A stretch of 64,000 nucleotides of DNA from an uncultured Gammaproteobacteria bacterium (GCA_964371245.1 CAYJKP010000001.1:315042-379041); one strand, 5' to 3'; shown: positions 1 to 9,460, counted from the first letter of the stretch. Made by a program: numbers and translations. The notes: generated by a model from the letters alone, not told the origin.

Positions 1-1427
1 CGCTCCTAGACGTGAAGCCGGAGGATATACTACCGCGCCTGGAAAAGAAAGATGATCTCTACGAGCCATTGAAGCGGCAGGTACCGGACGAGACGATGGA
101 AAAAATTAAGGCGCTGAATATTACCGGCATCAAGTCTTCAGAAGACAGCTATCGCTATTATCCCGAGGGGAAGTACTTTAGCCATATTATCGGTTTTGTC
201 GGCTTCCAGGGTGACGAACGAATAGGTCAGTATGGTCTCGAGGGCTATTTTGAAAAAGAGCTGGCCGGCCAGACCGGTTTTCTCCAAGCCCAAATGGACG
301 CCAACGGTCGCTGGATAACGGTTGGTAATTCGAAGATTCAGGAAGCAGTTGACGGCTCCAGCCTGGTTTTAACCATCGATCGGACGGTTCAATTCACGGT
401 CTGTGACAAATTGGCCAAGGCTGTTCAAAAACACGGGGCTGATTCCGGCAGCGCGATTGTCATAAATCCAAAGACCGGCGCGATTATAGCCATGTGCAAT
501 GCGCCCGATTACGACCCAAATAAATATAATGAGGTGAAAGACGCGAGCGTCTATATCAATCGGGCGATCTATGCCGAATATGAGCCTGGCTCTGTTTTTA
601 AAGCCATGACGATGGCCGCCGCGTTAAACGAAGGCGCGGTCGGTCCAAATTCGAAATATACTGATACCGGCAGCGTCGAAATCGGCAAATACACGATCCG
701 CAATGCCGATAACAAAGTCTACGGCGAGCAAACGATGACGCAGGTGCTGGAGAATTCGATCAACACCGGGGCCATGTATGCGGCCGAAAAAGTCGGTAAT
801 GAAAAGTTTCGGAAATACATGCAGGATTTTGGTTTTGGCGAAAAAACCGGCGTCACGCTCCAAACGGAAACGGCCGGCGATATCGGTTCGCTTGATCAAA
901 TGAAGGATATTTACCGGGCGACGGCGTCGTTTGGCCAGGGTCTGACGGTGACGCCGCTCCAATTAATTGACGCCTACGCGGCGATCGCCAACGGGGGTAA
1001 ACTCATGAAACCGTACCTCGTCGACGAAATTATCAGTCCGGACGACTATCATAAGAAAACCGAACCCGAAGAGGTACGCCAAGTGCTGTCTTCAAAAACG
1101 GCCGCGACTCTCGGCGCCATGCTCGTCCAAGTCGTCGAAAACGGGCACGGGAAAAACGCCGGCGTGCACGGTTATTATATCGCCGGCAAGACCGGGACCG
1201 CTCAAGTGCCGAAGAAAGACGGCGTCGGCTACGATCCAAGTAAAAACATCGGGAGTTTCGCCGGCTTCGGTCCGGTGGAGGACCCGGTATTTGCCATGGT
1301 TGTGAGAATCGATGTGCCGCGCGACGTCATGTGGGCGGAAAGCTCGGCCGCGCCGCTTTTTGGCGAAATTGCGGATTTTCTGCTAAACTATTACGAAGTT
1401 CCGCCGACTCGGACGGAGCAAGAATAA
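1..1427 (+). CDS. penicillin-binding protein transpeptidase (FtsI/PBP2-like), 5'-partial; frame open to window edge, ORF track begins at GTG 12
   Basis: SVFK (SxxK), SIN (SxN) and KTGT motifs of the PBP transpeptidase domain; end of dimerisation domain at N-terminus; no upstream in-frame stop. Confidence 0.85.
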   Translation, partial: LLDVKPEDILPRLEKKDDLYEPLKRQVPDETMEKIKALNITGIKSSEDSYRYYPEGKYFSHIIGFVGFQGDERIGQYGLEGYFEKELAGQTGFLQAQMDANGRWITVGNSKIQEAVDGSSLVLTIDRTVQFTVCDKLAKAVQKHGADSGSAIVINPKTGAIIAMCNAPDYDPNKYNEVKDASVYINRAIYAEYEPGSVFKAMTMAAALNEGAVGPNSKYTDTGSVEIGKYTIRNADNKVYGEQTMTQVLENSINTGAMYAAEKVGNEKFRKYMQDFGFGEKTGVTLQTETAGDIGSLDQMKDIYRATASFGQGLTVTPLQLIDAYAAIANGGKLMKPYLVDEIISPDDYHKKTEPEEVRQVLSSKTAATLGAMLVQVVENGHGKNAGVHGYYIAGKTGTAQVPKKDGVGYDPSKNIGSFAGFGPVEDPVFAMVVRIDVPRDVMWAESSAAPLFGEIADFLLNYYEVPPTRTEQE

Positions 1428-1449
1428 GCACCGTTTTCCCTCGCCAACA

Positions 1450-2727
1450 ATGAAAAAAATCCTGCAACATGTTTTACGCACACTCGCTCGTCGCGTTTTG
1501 TTGCGCTACCGGCCGGCGGTAGTCGGTATCACCGGTAGCATTGGCAAGACGTCGACCAAAGAAGCGATTTTTACGGTTCTTCAGAAACGGTATCGTTGCC
1601 GGCGCAATCAGAAAAACTATAATAACGAAATCGGCGTCCCATTAACCATCCTCGGCACTGAGACGGGGAAAAAGAACCCGCTGGCTTGGCTGCGAATTAT
1701 CGGGCGAGGCCTGTGGCTGGCCTACGGGAGCGCGGTCGACTATCCGAATACTATTATCCTCGAGATGGGGGCCGATCATCCCGGCGACATTGCCTATTTG
1801 GTGAAATTCACCCGGCCGGTCATTGGCGTGGTCACGGCCGTCGGCCCGGTCCACCTCGAATTTTTTTCAAAAATCGAACAGATCGCGCGCGAAAAGGGCA
1901 AGCTTATCACCGCATTGCCGACGAACGGCACGGCTATTCTGAACGCCGATGACGACTTAGTCATCCCGATGCGCGAAAAAACAGCCGCCCACATCGTCAC
2001 CTACGGTTTCGGCGAGGAAGCCATGGTCCGGGCGCACGACCTCCGGTATCGGTCTGAGGCCGGTAATGCAGTCACTCTTGGCGTAAGCTTTAAGGTTACC
2101 TATGCCGGCAGTACGTTTCCCGTGTCACTGCCGCACGTGCTTGGCAAGCACCAGATCTATCCGGCTCTGGCAGCGTTGGCCGTCGGTTTTTCCTTGAAAC
2201 TCAACGCGGTCGAGATCAGCGAATTGCTGAAGGAGTATCGTCCGCCAGCCGGCCGGATGAACCTGATTCCCGGGCAGCGCGGTACGCAGCTAATCGATGA
2301 TTCATACAATTCGTCTCCGGCCGCGGCGATTTCAGCGTTGAAAACGCTCGCCCAGTTGCCTCGGACAGGGCAGAAATATGCGCTGCTCGGCGATATGGCT
2401 GAGCTTGGCGCATACACGGTCCAGGGACATCGGGAGGTCGGGGAGACTGCCGCTACGTGCACCGACGTCCTGGTCACAGTCGGTGACCACGCCAAGCGCA
2501 CGGCCGCTGCAGCCGCGGACAAGGGTTTAGCCAAGGACAATATCTTTTCGTTTGATACAGTCGAACAGGCCAGCGCGTTTATGCTCACGCGCCTAAAAGC
2601 CGGCGACGTGATATTGATAAAAGGCTCGCAAGTGGCGCGCCTGGAAAAAGCCGTGAAAGCGTTGATGGCCGAGCCGGCCCGCGCGGCCGAGCTGCTGGTT
2701 CGGCAGGGCAGCGGTTGGGACAAATAA
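1450..2727 (+). CDS. murF: UDP-N-acetylmuramoyl-tripeptide--D-alanyl-D-alanine ligase
   Basis: Mur ligase P-loop GITGSIGKTSTKE; DDSYNSSP motif; sits directly downstream of the PBP gene. Confidence 0.85.
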   Translation: MKKILQHVLRTLARRVLLRYRPAVVGITGSIGKTSTKEAIFTVLQKRYRCRRNQKNYNNEIGVPLTILGTETGKKNPLAWLRIIGRGLWLAYGSAVDYPNTIILEMGADHPGDIAYLVKFTRPVIGVVTAVGPVHLEFFSKIEQIAREKGKLITALPTNGTAILNADDDLVIPMREKTAAHIVTYGFGEEAMVRAHDLRYRSEAGNAVTLGVSFKVTYAGSTFPVSLPHVLGKHQIYPALAALAVGFSLKLNAVEISELLKEYRPPAGRMNLIPGQRGTQLIDDSYNSSPAAAISALKTLAQLPRTGQKYALLGDMAELGAYTVQGHREVGETAATCTDVLVTVGDHAKRTAAAAADKGLAKDNIFSFDTVEQASAFMLTRLKAGDVILIKGSQVARLEKAVKALMAEPARAAELLVRQGSGWDK

Positions 2728-2858
2728 TTAATTTCGGATAATATAAAACGCTCAAACGTTTTTTTATTCGGATAACGGAATATGAGAACGCACCGTAGTG
2801 CTGGTTGACGAAACAATCGAACCAGAATATCATAATTGCTGCTGGAAAGGAGGGGCCT

Positions 2859-3095
2859 ATGGTATTGTGCGCGCTCGCGACAATCAAGCGGACGACTCAA
2901 TGTCTTCTTCAGTGCCTATGGGTCTTCGTCTGCGTTCCAGTCCTCCTGGTGCGAGAAGTGAGGGAGGAGCGCGGGAGTGTATACGAAGGCTTTTCTCTCT
3001 GCATCCTGATCTTTCTCGTTCTTCCCGGTTGCGTCGGCCTGATCATGTTCATCATGCATCCCCGTCAGTTCCTCGTCGGGCTGCTCAACGGCTGA
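2859..3095 (+). CDS. small Cys-rich hydrophobic membrane protein (78 aa), hypothetical
   Basis: AGGAGGGG RBS 5 nt upstream of ATG 2859; 9-bp stem terminator starts at its stop codon; hydrophobic and Cys-rich; inner start within ORF-track frame 2805..3095. Confidence 0.5.
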   Translation: MVLCALATIKRTTQCLLQCLWVFVCVPVLLVREVREERGSVYEGFSLCILIFLVLPGCVGLIMFIMHPRQFLVGLLNG

Positions 3096-3125
3096 TCTGT
3101 TCACACCGAACAGATCATTTTAATT
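3094..3125 (+). terminator. rho-independent terminator (GATCTGTTC-acacc-GAACAGATC then ATTTTAATT)
   Basis: perfect 9-bp inverted repeat followed by a T-rich tract. Confidence 0.55.
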
Positions 3126-3191
3126 GGACTTTACAGGGATTAACCATGCGGTATACTATAGCCGTCGTAAGGATTAAAGACGGCGCTCTAT

Positions 3192-4193
3192 ATGGCGTTC
3201 AAACGCCCGAAAATCTGCCTCCTTTTCTGCGGCGGCTCGACTCTGGTCGGCCATGACAACGCTTTGATTGAGGTGACAAAAAAGTCGGATATTGAACCGT
3301 GGCTGGCGGAAGCCTCCGAGCTGGCAATTTTGGCTGACGTGCAGACGGTTTTTGTGTATGGCGACGACCGGAAAACCGTGGCCGTCGAAACCTGGATTGC
3401 GCTGGCGAAAGAAATCCAGAAGCGCTATCAGGCGTACAACGGCTTTGTTATAACGCATAATTTCGATTCGATCATCTATACCGGCGCGGCCTTGAGCTTT
3501 ATGCTGCGTAATCTTGGTAAACCCGTGGTTCTGACTGGGGCGCAAGAGACCGGTTCGGCCGGGCCAGCCATCGCTGATCGTTATCATGCGTTGGGAATAC
3601 GGGCGAATCTTATCAACGCGATCCAGGTCGCTACGTTGAACATTGCCGAAGTTGGCGTCATGTACGGCAATGTTCTCTTGCGGGCCACACAGGCGGTGCG
3701 TGCGGCCGGGGCCAAGGGCGAACTGACTGCCTGGCTCGGCGATAATTTAGGCGAAGTAGATTTCGGGATAAAGCTGTCCGAGCAGCGGCAACGCCGGCAA
3801 GGCAGCGCGCTGCTGCTCCGGCCGGCGATTGAAAAGGATGTGTTTATGATGCACGTGCATCCGGGTTTTGATCTCAAAACCAATCTCGAGCTCTTAAGCC
3901 CGGCGCTGAAAGGCGTGATTATCAGGGCGACTGACGTTATTTTGCAGCCGGAAGAATATGCGGTCCTCGAGGAATTCAGCGTGCGCCGGCGCAGCCCGGT
4001 TTTTCTCCTGGCCGATACCGAGGCGCCGATCCCGAAAAAAACAAAACTGATCGTGTTACCGCCGATGCTTCCGGAAATCGCCTTAACAAAGGTGATGTGG
4101 GCGCTCGGCCAAAACCATTCACGCACTGAACTCCGGCAGCGGATGAATGAAAATATCGCCCACGAAATTCTTATCCGGTCGGAAAAATCATGA
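3192..4193 (+). CDS. L-asparaginase/glutaminase-like protein with non-canonical active site
   Basis: asparaginase-like N-terminal CGGSTLVG (canonical TGGTIAG) and KPVVLTGAQ block; canonical hGTDTm replaced by HNFDSI, so catalytic threonines are substituted. Confidence 0.55.
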   Translation: MAFKRPKICLLFCGGSTLVGHDNALIEVTKKSDIEPWLAEASELAILADVQTVFVYGDDRKTVAVETWIALAKEIQKRYQAYNGFVITHNFDSIIYTGAALSFMLRNLGKPVVLTGAQETGSAGPAIADRYHALGIRANLINAIQVATLNIAEVGVMYGNVLLRATQAVRAAGAKGELTAWLGDNLGEVDFGIKLSEQRQRRQGSALLLRPAIEKDVFMMHVHPGFDLKTNLELLSPALKGVIIRATDVILQPEEYAVLEEFSVRRRSPVFLLADTEAPIPKKTKLIVLPPMLPEIALTKVMWALGQNHSRTELRQRMNENIAHEILIRSEKS

Positions 4194-4786
4194 AGATATA
4201 CTATTTTGCCAGCCAAAGTGAGAAGCGCGCCAACCGGGAGAACCAAGCCCGGATCAAGAAGCTGCTCGAGCAAGCCGGCCTGGTTGTCCTGACCAATCTC
4301 CAGGCGGGCAGCGACATCGCCACGAATTTACGCCAGCGGGCGAACGAGCTCGGTCAGAGCATGCTGGACCAGATGGACGCCATCGTGATCGAAGGGTCAG
4401 GCAGTGATCCTGAAATCGGGTATTTGCTCGCCTATGGCATTTCGACCAAGAAGCCGACGCTCTATTTCATCGAGCAGGGGAGTCAGGCGAACAATCCCTT
4501 AGTTTTTCTGGCCACGAAGAATATTCCGAGCCACGTTATTGTGAAGACCTACACCGCGGCCACGCTTGATACGGCGTTTTATGAAATGCTCGGCCGCTTG
4601 GAAAACCAAGAATTTACCGAGGCGCCGACGATCAAATTCACGCTCCGGATCACCCATCAGATCGAACAGTATTTGCACTGGAAGACGCACAACACGAAAA
4701 TGACAAAGGCTGATTATCTGCGGCGCTTGATCGAAGAGGTGATGAAGAAAGACGAATCGTTTCGCAAATACAAAAAGCACGGCTAA
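4190..4786 (+). CDS. hypothetical protein, Rossmann-like N-terminal domain plus C-terminal ribbon-helix-helix-like segment; translationally coupled (ATGA overlap) to the asparaginase-like gene
   Basis: 4-nt overlap with upstream stop; C-terminal FTLRITHQIEQYL...MTKADYLRRLIEE resembles RHH beta-alpha-alpha. Confidence 0.4.
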   Translation: MKIYYFASQSEKRANRENQARIKKLLEQAGLVVLTNLQAGSDIATNLRQRANELGQSMLDQMDAIVIEGSGSDPEIGYLLAYGISTKKPTLYFIEQGSQANNPLVFLATKNIPSHVIVKTYTAATLDTAFYEMLGRLENQEFTEAPTIKFTLRITHQIEQYLHWKTHNTKMTKADYLRRLIEEVMKKDESFRKYKKHG

Positions 4787-4836
4787 AAAAATATCGTAGC
4801 GATCAACGGTGTGAAACGATTCAGGCTGTTTTTTTA

Positions 4837-4864
4837 TTGACAGCCACGTCATGTTTGCTAAACT
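4837..4864 (+). promoter_or_regulatory. sigma70-like promoter TTGACA-16-TAAACT upstream of ssb
   Basis: consensus -35 with 16-nt spacer. Confidence 0.4.
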
Positions 4865-4867
4865 TGT

Positions 4868-4970
4868 AGTAGGGAATAGCGCCGTCGCATTAATCAGCGC
4901 CGTCGCAAATTCAACCCGGGTGCTGGCTGAGACCGATGGCTAGGAAGGATGTCATCGCCGTCGCACGAGA
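4868..4970 (+). repeat. four direct copies of (A)GCGCCGTCGCA / ATCGCCGTCGCA / AGCCGTCGC in the ssb leader
   Basis: seen directly: copies at 4868-4879, 4886-4897, 4944-4955 and 4962-4970. Confidence 0.6.
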
Positions 4971-5041
4971 GAGCCGTCGCTCAGTCCTGGGGATAGCGCG
5001 TTGAAACGAAGAAAGTCGGCCGGGAGCACGTACGAGGCACT

Positions 5042-5461
5042 ATGAATTTAAACAAAGTCAGCCTCATCGGGAATTTGACTCGTGAACCGATGAGCCGAAC
5101 CCTGCCGTCAGGCCAGTCTGTCACGAATTTCGGCCTGGCTACCAACCACCTCTGGTGGGACGCGAAATCAAAAGAAAAAAAGGAAAGCGCTGAATTTCAC
5201 AATATTGTCGCCTGGGGCAAGCTCGGCGAGATCTGTGGGAAGTATCTGAAGAAGGGGAGCAAGGTCTATATCGAGGGCCGTCTCCAGACACGCGCCTGGA
5301 CCGATCGAGCCGGCGCCAAACGTTCCCGGACCGAGGTCATCGCTGAAAATCTGATCATGCTCGGCCACCTCGGCTCAAAAAAAGAAGAACAGGCTGAAGC
5401 CAAGAAACAAGAGCTCCTGGCAAAAGAAGAGGTTGATGTCCGGCAAGTCCCGGTTGAATAG
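5042..5461 (+). CDS. ssb: single-stranded DNA-binding protein
   Basis: OB-fold SSB signature MNLNKVSLIGNLTREP...HNIVAWGKLGE...VYIEGRLQTRAW. Confidence 0.9.
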   Translation: MNLNKVSLIGNLTREPMSRTLPSGQSVTNFGLATNHLWWDAKSKEKKESAEFHNIVAWGKLGEICGKYLKKGSKVYIEGRLQTRAWTDRAGAKRSRTEVIAENLIMLGHLGSKKEEQAEAKKQELLAKEEVDVRQVPVE

Positions 5462-5508
5462 GCAACAACGATAAACAACGCGTTCATTTCATCCAAACCG
5501 TTTGCTGC

Positions 5509-5588
5509 TTGCTCGCCTCGTCCTCAGACCCTAGTGGAAGCCAACCCGTCCTCTGGTTTTCACTGGCGGGAGAAGATCAGGCGAGCAA
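5509..5588 (+). other. candidate structured RNA element closed by a 10-bp inverted repeat (TTGCTCGCCT ... AGGCGAGCAA), in the ssb 3' region
   Basis: perfect 10-bp inverted repeat about 60 nt apart, followed at 5622-5647 by an intrinsic terminator. Confidence 0.3.
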
Positions 5589-5621
5589 CCAGGAGTCGGC
5601 TTGGCTATAGGTAATTATCAT

Positions 5622-5647
5622 CGACGGGTTAAAAGCCCGTTTTTTAA
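5622..5647 (+). terminator. rho-independent terminator (ACGGG-ttaaaag-CCCGT, T6)
   Basis: GC stem followed by TTTTTT. Confidence 0.55.
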
Positions 5648-5795
5648 TCACTTCTTTTCTGTCCGTCTTCCACTTAATTAATAAGACAAGTCTCCCTGCC
5701 GTCTTTTCCCCGAAATTTACCCCGGACCAGACGCTCGCGCGTCGGTACGGGGTCGATTACGAGGTTCTGGGAGGCGGGCAGGAAAAAGGTGAGCA

Positions 5796-5823
5796 TAAAT
5801 GAAAAGCTTACCCTAGGGTAAGC
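5796..5823 (-). terminator. terminator for minus-strand small gene (palindrome GCTTACCC-tag-GGTAAGC, T-rich on minus strand)
   Basis: perfect palindromic hairpin; minus strand reads hairpin then TTTTCATTT. Confidence 0.45.
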
Positions 5824-5856
5824 TCGAGACAGGACAGAGCGATTGAAAGGAGGGGA

Positions 5857-6114
5857 TCAGGCTGGCGGCGTGACGGCGGTGAATAGGTAGGAGGGGTACC
5901 AGCGTCCGTTCAAGCCAGCCAGTCTGACGATCTGGAAAGTCAGCGGCATGCAGCAGCAATCGTGTGACGAAGGGCAGCCTGGCCAGTGTTCGTCGTCCGT
6001 GTCGGTATCGACCTCGGTCACCCGGAATCGCGCATCAGGCGGAGCGCTTAAGAGATCTTGCACCTCGGCCTGGCTTTCATCAGCCAATCTGACTAGTTGT
6101 CCGACTTCCAGCAT
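5857..6114 (-). CDS. hypothetical small acidic protein (85 aa), high-GC
   Basis: GGAGG RBS 9 nt upstream of ATG at 6114 (complement); terminator hairpin downstream; inner start of ORF-track 5857..6159. Confidence 0.5.
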   Translation of the reverse strand: MLEVGQLVRLADESQAEVQDLLSAPPDARFRVTEVDTDTDDEHWPGCPSSHDCCCMPLTFQIVRLAGLNGRWYPSYLFTAVTPPA

Positions 6115-6261
6115 GTTTCCAAACCTCCGTGGGGTAAAGGCTAGGGAAAGGGCGAACAATTAGAAACCGTATGATACTATCATACACTTTATTAAACACT
6201 AGATAAAGCCCAATTATCCACAATATTTTTTGGCTTTTTTTAGCCAAACTTGGTAAATAAG

Positions 6262-6294
6262 AAAAAATCCGCCCAGGCTGTCGGGCCAAGGCGG
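6262..6294 (-). terminator. terminator of lipoprotein gene (CCGCC...GGCGG stem, T-run on minus strand)
   Basis: GC hairpin followed on the minus strand by ATTTTTTC. Confidence 0.5.
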
Positions 6295-6311
6295 TTGGTC
6301 GTTGTTCAGAC

Positions 6312-7676
6312 TCACGGAGCAATGATATGTGTGGCTCCGTCCCAGAAAGCCAGCTTCAGGTGGCCGTCTCCCCAGTACTGGAGGCAGTTATTGCCAGGCA
6401 GCCAGAGCGGCGATCCGGCGTAGGTATCCGGCAGGCGGCGGCGGTCCCACAGTCCGACGGTACCGAGGTAGAGCCCACGCTGGTCGCCAGACTCAGCAAA
6501 CGCGTATCTGGTCCGGTCGGGCGAGTAAGCGACAGAAGTCAGATTCGCCGTCGCTACCACTTTTCCGCCGGTTCCGGAGAGCGGATCCACCCAGTAAATG
6601 CCGTAGAAGTCGGCCCAGAGGACCGCGTCAGGCGCTACCCAGCAGAGCTGCAGCGACGCATTCTGCAGGGTGCTAATGCGCATGTAAACGGTGTGAACAC
6701 CGCTCCCGTCGACGCGCATGACGCGGATGATGGCCTGGGTTCCGTACGAATGGTTCACGAATGCGATCAGCGAATCGCCCGGCGAAAACGTCGGGTTGTG
6801 GTCGTAGACGAAGCCCTGCGTCTGGTAGATCCTCCGCACGACGTTCGAGGGCGCGTCATAGAGGTAGATTCCGTCGACATAGGCGCCAAAGGCAAGCCGG
6901 TCGCCGGAATTCGACCAGACATAGTCGTCGCTGGCGTGCGGATTCGGAATCTCCGTCCTGATGCTGCCGTCCCGGTTCGCGATCACGATGCTGTTGTTCG
7001 CTGACGTGTAGGCGACGTACTGGCCGTTGGGCGACACCCGGTACAAGCCCAGGTTGCTCAAGCCGGAAGCCAGCACGCTCCACTCGATTCCGTCGGCTCT
7101 GATGAGGAACAGCTTGTCGCCGCGGACCTGGGTGAGCATGATGTCCGGGCAGGGCTCGAACGTGGCCGAGACCGTGGTCGTGTCCTCGCCGGACAAGGCA
7201 ACAGTCTCAAAATGCGGATAGTAGCCGGGCCGGCGCAGATACACCTCGCACTTGTCGTCGAAGCCGAGGGGAACGTCGGGAATGATCGCCGGCGTCATGA
7301 CGGACAGGAGCGAGTCGTTCAGCGTGATGTACGCCTCGGGCGGGTTTGACAGCAAACGCAGGACGGCCGGCCGGTGTTCAGAGAAGCTGTGGTACACGGC
7401 GGGATTAACCGAGGCGCTGACCACGACCGTCTCGGCGTGCGCGTAGTAGCCGTGGATCGTGAAGGTGACGACATGGTCGCCATAGTCGACGCCGGTGAGC
7501 GCCGCGTCCGTCACCAGGCCGGTGTCAGTGCCGTCGAGCCAGATGGCCGCGCCTGGCGGAAAGGAGCGGCAGTCGATGGTACCGTGCTTCTCGGGTTCGG
7601 TTCCGTTCTGGCTGCAGCCGGCAAACGTGAGAACGAGCGCGGCGCAGATGGTAAGGATAGACAAGGTCGGTCGCAT
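6312..7676 (-). CDS. lipoprotein with PEGA-like domain and TolB-like (PD40/WD40-like) beta-propeller repeats; high-GC (about 65%)
   Basis: signal peptide with lipobox LTFAGC; PEGA-like segment; repeated ...YVAYTS...DGS...WSNSGDRLAF... propeller-like blocks; AAAGGAG RBS. Confidence 0.7.
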   Translation of the reverse strand: MRPTLSILTICAALVLTFAGCSQNGTEPEKHGTIDCRSFPPGAAIWLDGTDTGLVTDAALTGVDYGDHVVTFTIHGYYAHAETVVVSASVNPAVYHSFSEHRPAVLRLLSNPPEAYITLNDSLLSVMTPAIIPDVPLGFDDKCEVYLRRPGYYPHFETVALSGEDTTTVSATFEPCPDIMLTQVRGDKLFLIRADGIEWSVLASGLSNLGLYRVSPNGQYVAYTSANNSIVIANRDGSIRTEIPNPHASDDYVWSNSGDRLAFGAYVDGIYLYDAPSNVVRRIYQTQGFVYDHNPTFSPGDSLIAFVNHSYGTQAIIRVMRVDGSGVHTVYMRISTLQNASLQLCWVAPDAVLWADFYGIYWVDPLSGTGGKVVATANLTSVAYSPDRTRYAFAESGDQRGLYLGTVGLWDRRRLPDTYAGSPLWLPGNNCLQYWGDGHLKLAFWDGATHIIAP

Positions 7677-7910
7677 GATCGGACTCCTTTCATCACCCGC
7701 GACGCGGGGCTGAAGGTGGTAGGACTAGGTTTTCGAAACAGCGAAAGAGCACGTAAATGTACACCGGTAATAAAGGGGAGTCAAGCGCTTTAATGGATTT
7801 GTTTATATTGATGAATACTGAGTTTTGGGTGGACAAAATAGGGCTAATGAGAGTATAAATATAATATCGAGTTCGTATATACTCTAGTTAGCTGACATAT
7901 TTTTCACAAC

Positions 7911-8342
7911 ATGACTGATAAGATTCCTAGAGATAAATTTCCAATAATAACAGCGCTTACAGATGAATTATCATCTTTAAATAGTGGGTTAGAGCTAAAC
8001 ACAAAAGCTAATAGCATATGTCTTGGCCGTATACAAATGGATAAGTCAACAAACCAAAGCACGACAGCTTTAAGCTGCATCCAGACGTTGAGTATCATTA
8101 AAAATACATTTTACATCTACTTGGTTGAGCAACACGGCCAAAATAGTACCTTGGAAAAGTATTCATTTAAACTAACCGACGAGCATAAAGTACCCTTGAA
8201 GCAATATGATAAAGATCCAAAGTCTGGTTCACATGTTCATCTTTTTACAAACGGCAAGAAAGTAAATAAACATATACCATTTCCTGACTCGTTGAAAGAA
8301 ATCGCGAAAGACATTATCCATTTAATCGCACAAAGTAACTAG
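7911..8342 (+). CDS. hypothetical protein (low-GC island)
   Basis: ORF in an about 33% GC segment; no recognisable motif. Confidence 0.4.
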   Translation: MTDKIPRDKFPIITALTDELSSLNSGLELNTKANSICLGRIQMDKSTNQSTTALSCIQTLSIIKNTFYIYLVEQHGQNSTLEKYSFKLTDEHKVPLKQYDKDPKSGSHVHLFTNGKKVNKHIPFPDSLKEIAKDIIHLIAQSN

Positions 8343-8377
8343 TTGTGAAAAATACATCGCCTAACACGGGCTAGCCG

Positions 8378-8809
8378 GTGAGCGAGCCAATTACCACTGA
8401 AATGGGAAAGATAACAGTATATTATTCTCCAATAATTGACGAGGAAGAGAAGAAAATACTCTCTGATGCTTTTCGGCAAGATGTCGATTTTTGTAAATTT
8501 GAGAAAAAGGGTGTTCATGCTGGCGCATATGATGTTGAAATACTCATTAATATTTTCGGTGGCATTGTTGCGTCGGTTTTGTATGATTTAATTAAGAACC
8601 TCTTTAAAAGAAATAGAAAAAACATCATGGATGGTTATAAGAGACCACGTTACACTGTATTGGTTCTTAGAAAGGAAACTGAGTGGATTGTTATCTCGAA
8701 TGTCAACCCCGAAAATAAAATGACGATTTCCATTACATCAGCAAATTCAGTAGATCCCTCAAAAATCGACATCCAATACTCTGATGAAGAGCTATCAAAG
8801 CACCTTTAG
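8378..8809 (+). CDS. hypothetical protein (low-GC island)
   Basis: ORF, no recognisable motif. Confidence 0.4.
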   Translation: MSEPITTEMGKITVYYSPIIDEEEKKILSDAFRQDVDFCKFEKKGVHAGAYDVEILINIFGGIVASVLYDLIKNLFKRNRKNIMDGYKRPRYTVLVLRKETEWIVISNVNPENKMTISITSANSVDPSKIDIQYSDEELSKHL

Positions 8810-8941
8810 ACAAACTATTGACTCGCTCACCCAAATTGCTCGACCACTTTCGCGGTTCGCTCCGCGAGATTATACCGCTACGTTCACTCGCAACTTCGGC
8901 TAGCCCGAAACGTTGTCCGAAATTTTGTAAATTTTCTATCT

Positions 8942-9298
8942 ATGGAAAAAGGCCGTGAAAATATTATAGACATGCGAGAATGGAAAGCTCGTAAAGCGCG
9001 AGAACTTTTTGGCGATGTGGCGGCAGAGATACGGCGAGGAACATTACAAATACACTTGGTAGATGTATCCTCGCTATTTGCTAAGACTGATGAAATCCTT
9101 CATTATGCGCTTGAAGGGCAAGAGCTAGACCCTGATTCTCCTGACTATCAAACACGTTGTGCTGAAGCAAAAAGGGAAATCTTAGGAAACGCAGATGCTA
9201 TTACTGAAGCTTTACCACAATACCCAGATGTTGACTGCCCGGCTGTACGAGAAAGTCTTAACCTGCTTAAGGATTTCACTGAGCAGATCAGAGAATAG
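8942..9298 (+). CDS. hypothetical protein (low-GC island)
   Basis: ORF, no recognisable motif. Confidence 0.4.
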   Translation: MEKGRENIIDMREWKARKARELFGDVAAEIRRGTLQIHLVDVSSLFAKTDEILHYALEGQELDPDSPDYQTRCAEAKREILGNADAITEALPQYPDVDCPAVRESLNLLKDFTEQIRE

Positions 9299-9319
9299 AA
9301 AATTTACAAAACTCCATAC

Positions 9320-9392
9320 AACAGCGTCTATACGACATCAGCCTTCGCTAAAGCTTCAGCTGACAGTCGTATGAAACGCAAACGTTAAGTGA
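9320..9392 (+). repeat. intergenic element E1: AACAGCGTCTA - variable hairpin - ACGCAAACGTTAAG
   Basis: shares both conserved flanks with E2 at 10098-10158; internal hairpin TACGAC...GTCGTA. Confidence 0.5.
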
Positions 9393-9460
9393 CATTTTTG
9401 TGGGCTGGTGTAGATAGCCACTTGCCCGAGGGATCCGCTCCTCTTTTTCACTCAATATAT

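Noticed and set aside
2157-2900. Long antisense ORFs (2157..2900, 2585..2887 and others) overlapping murF
   Set aside because: They lie entirely within or opposite a well-supported murF gene in GC-rich sequence. They have no RBS or motifs. They are typical shadow ORFs.
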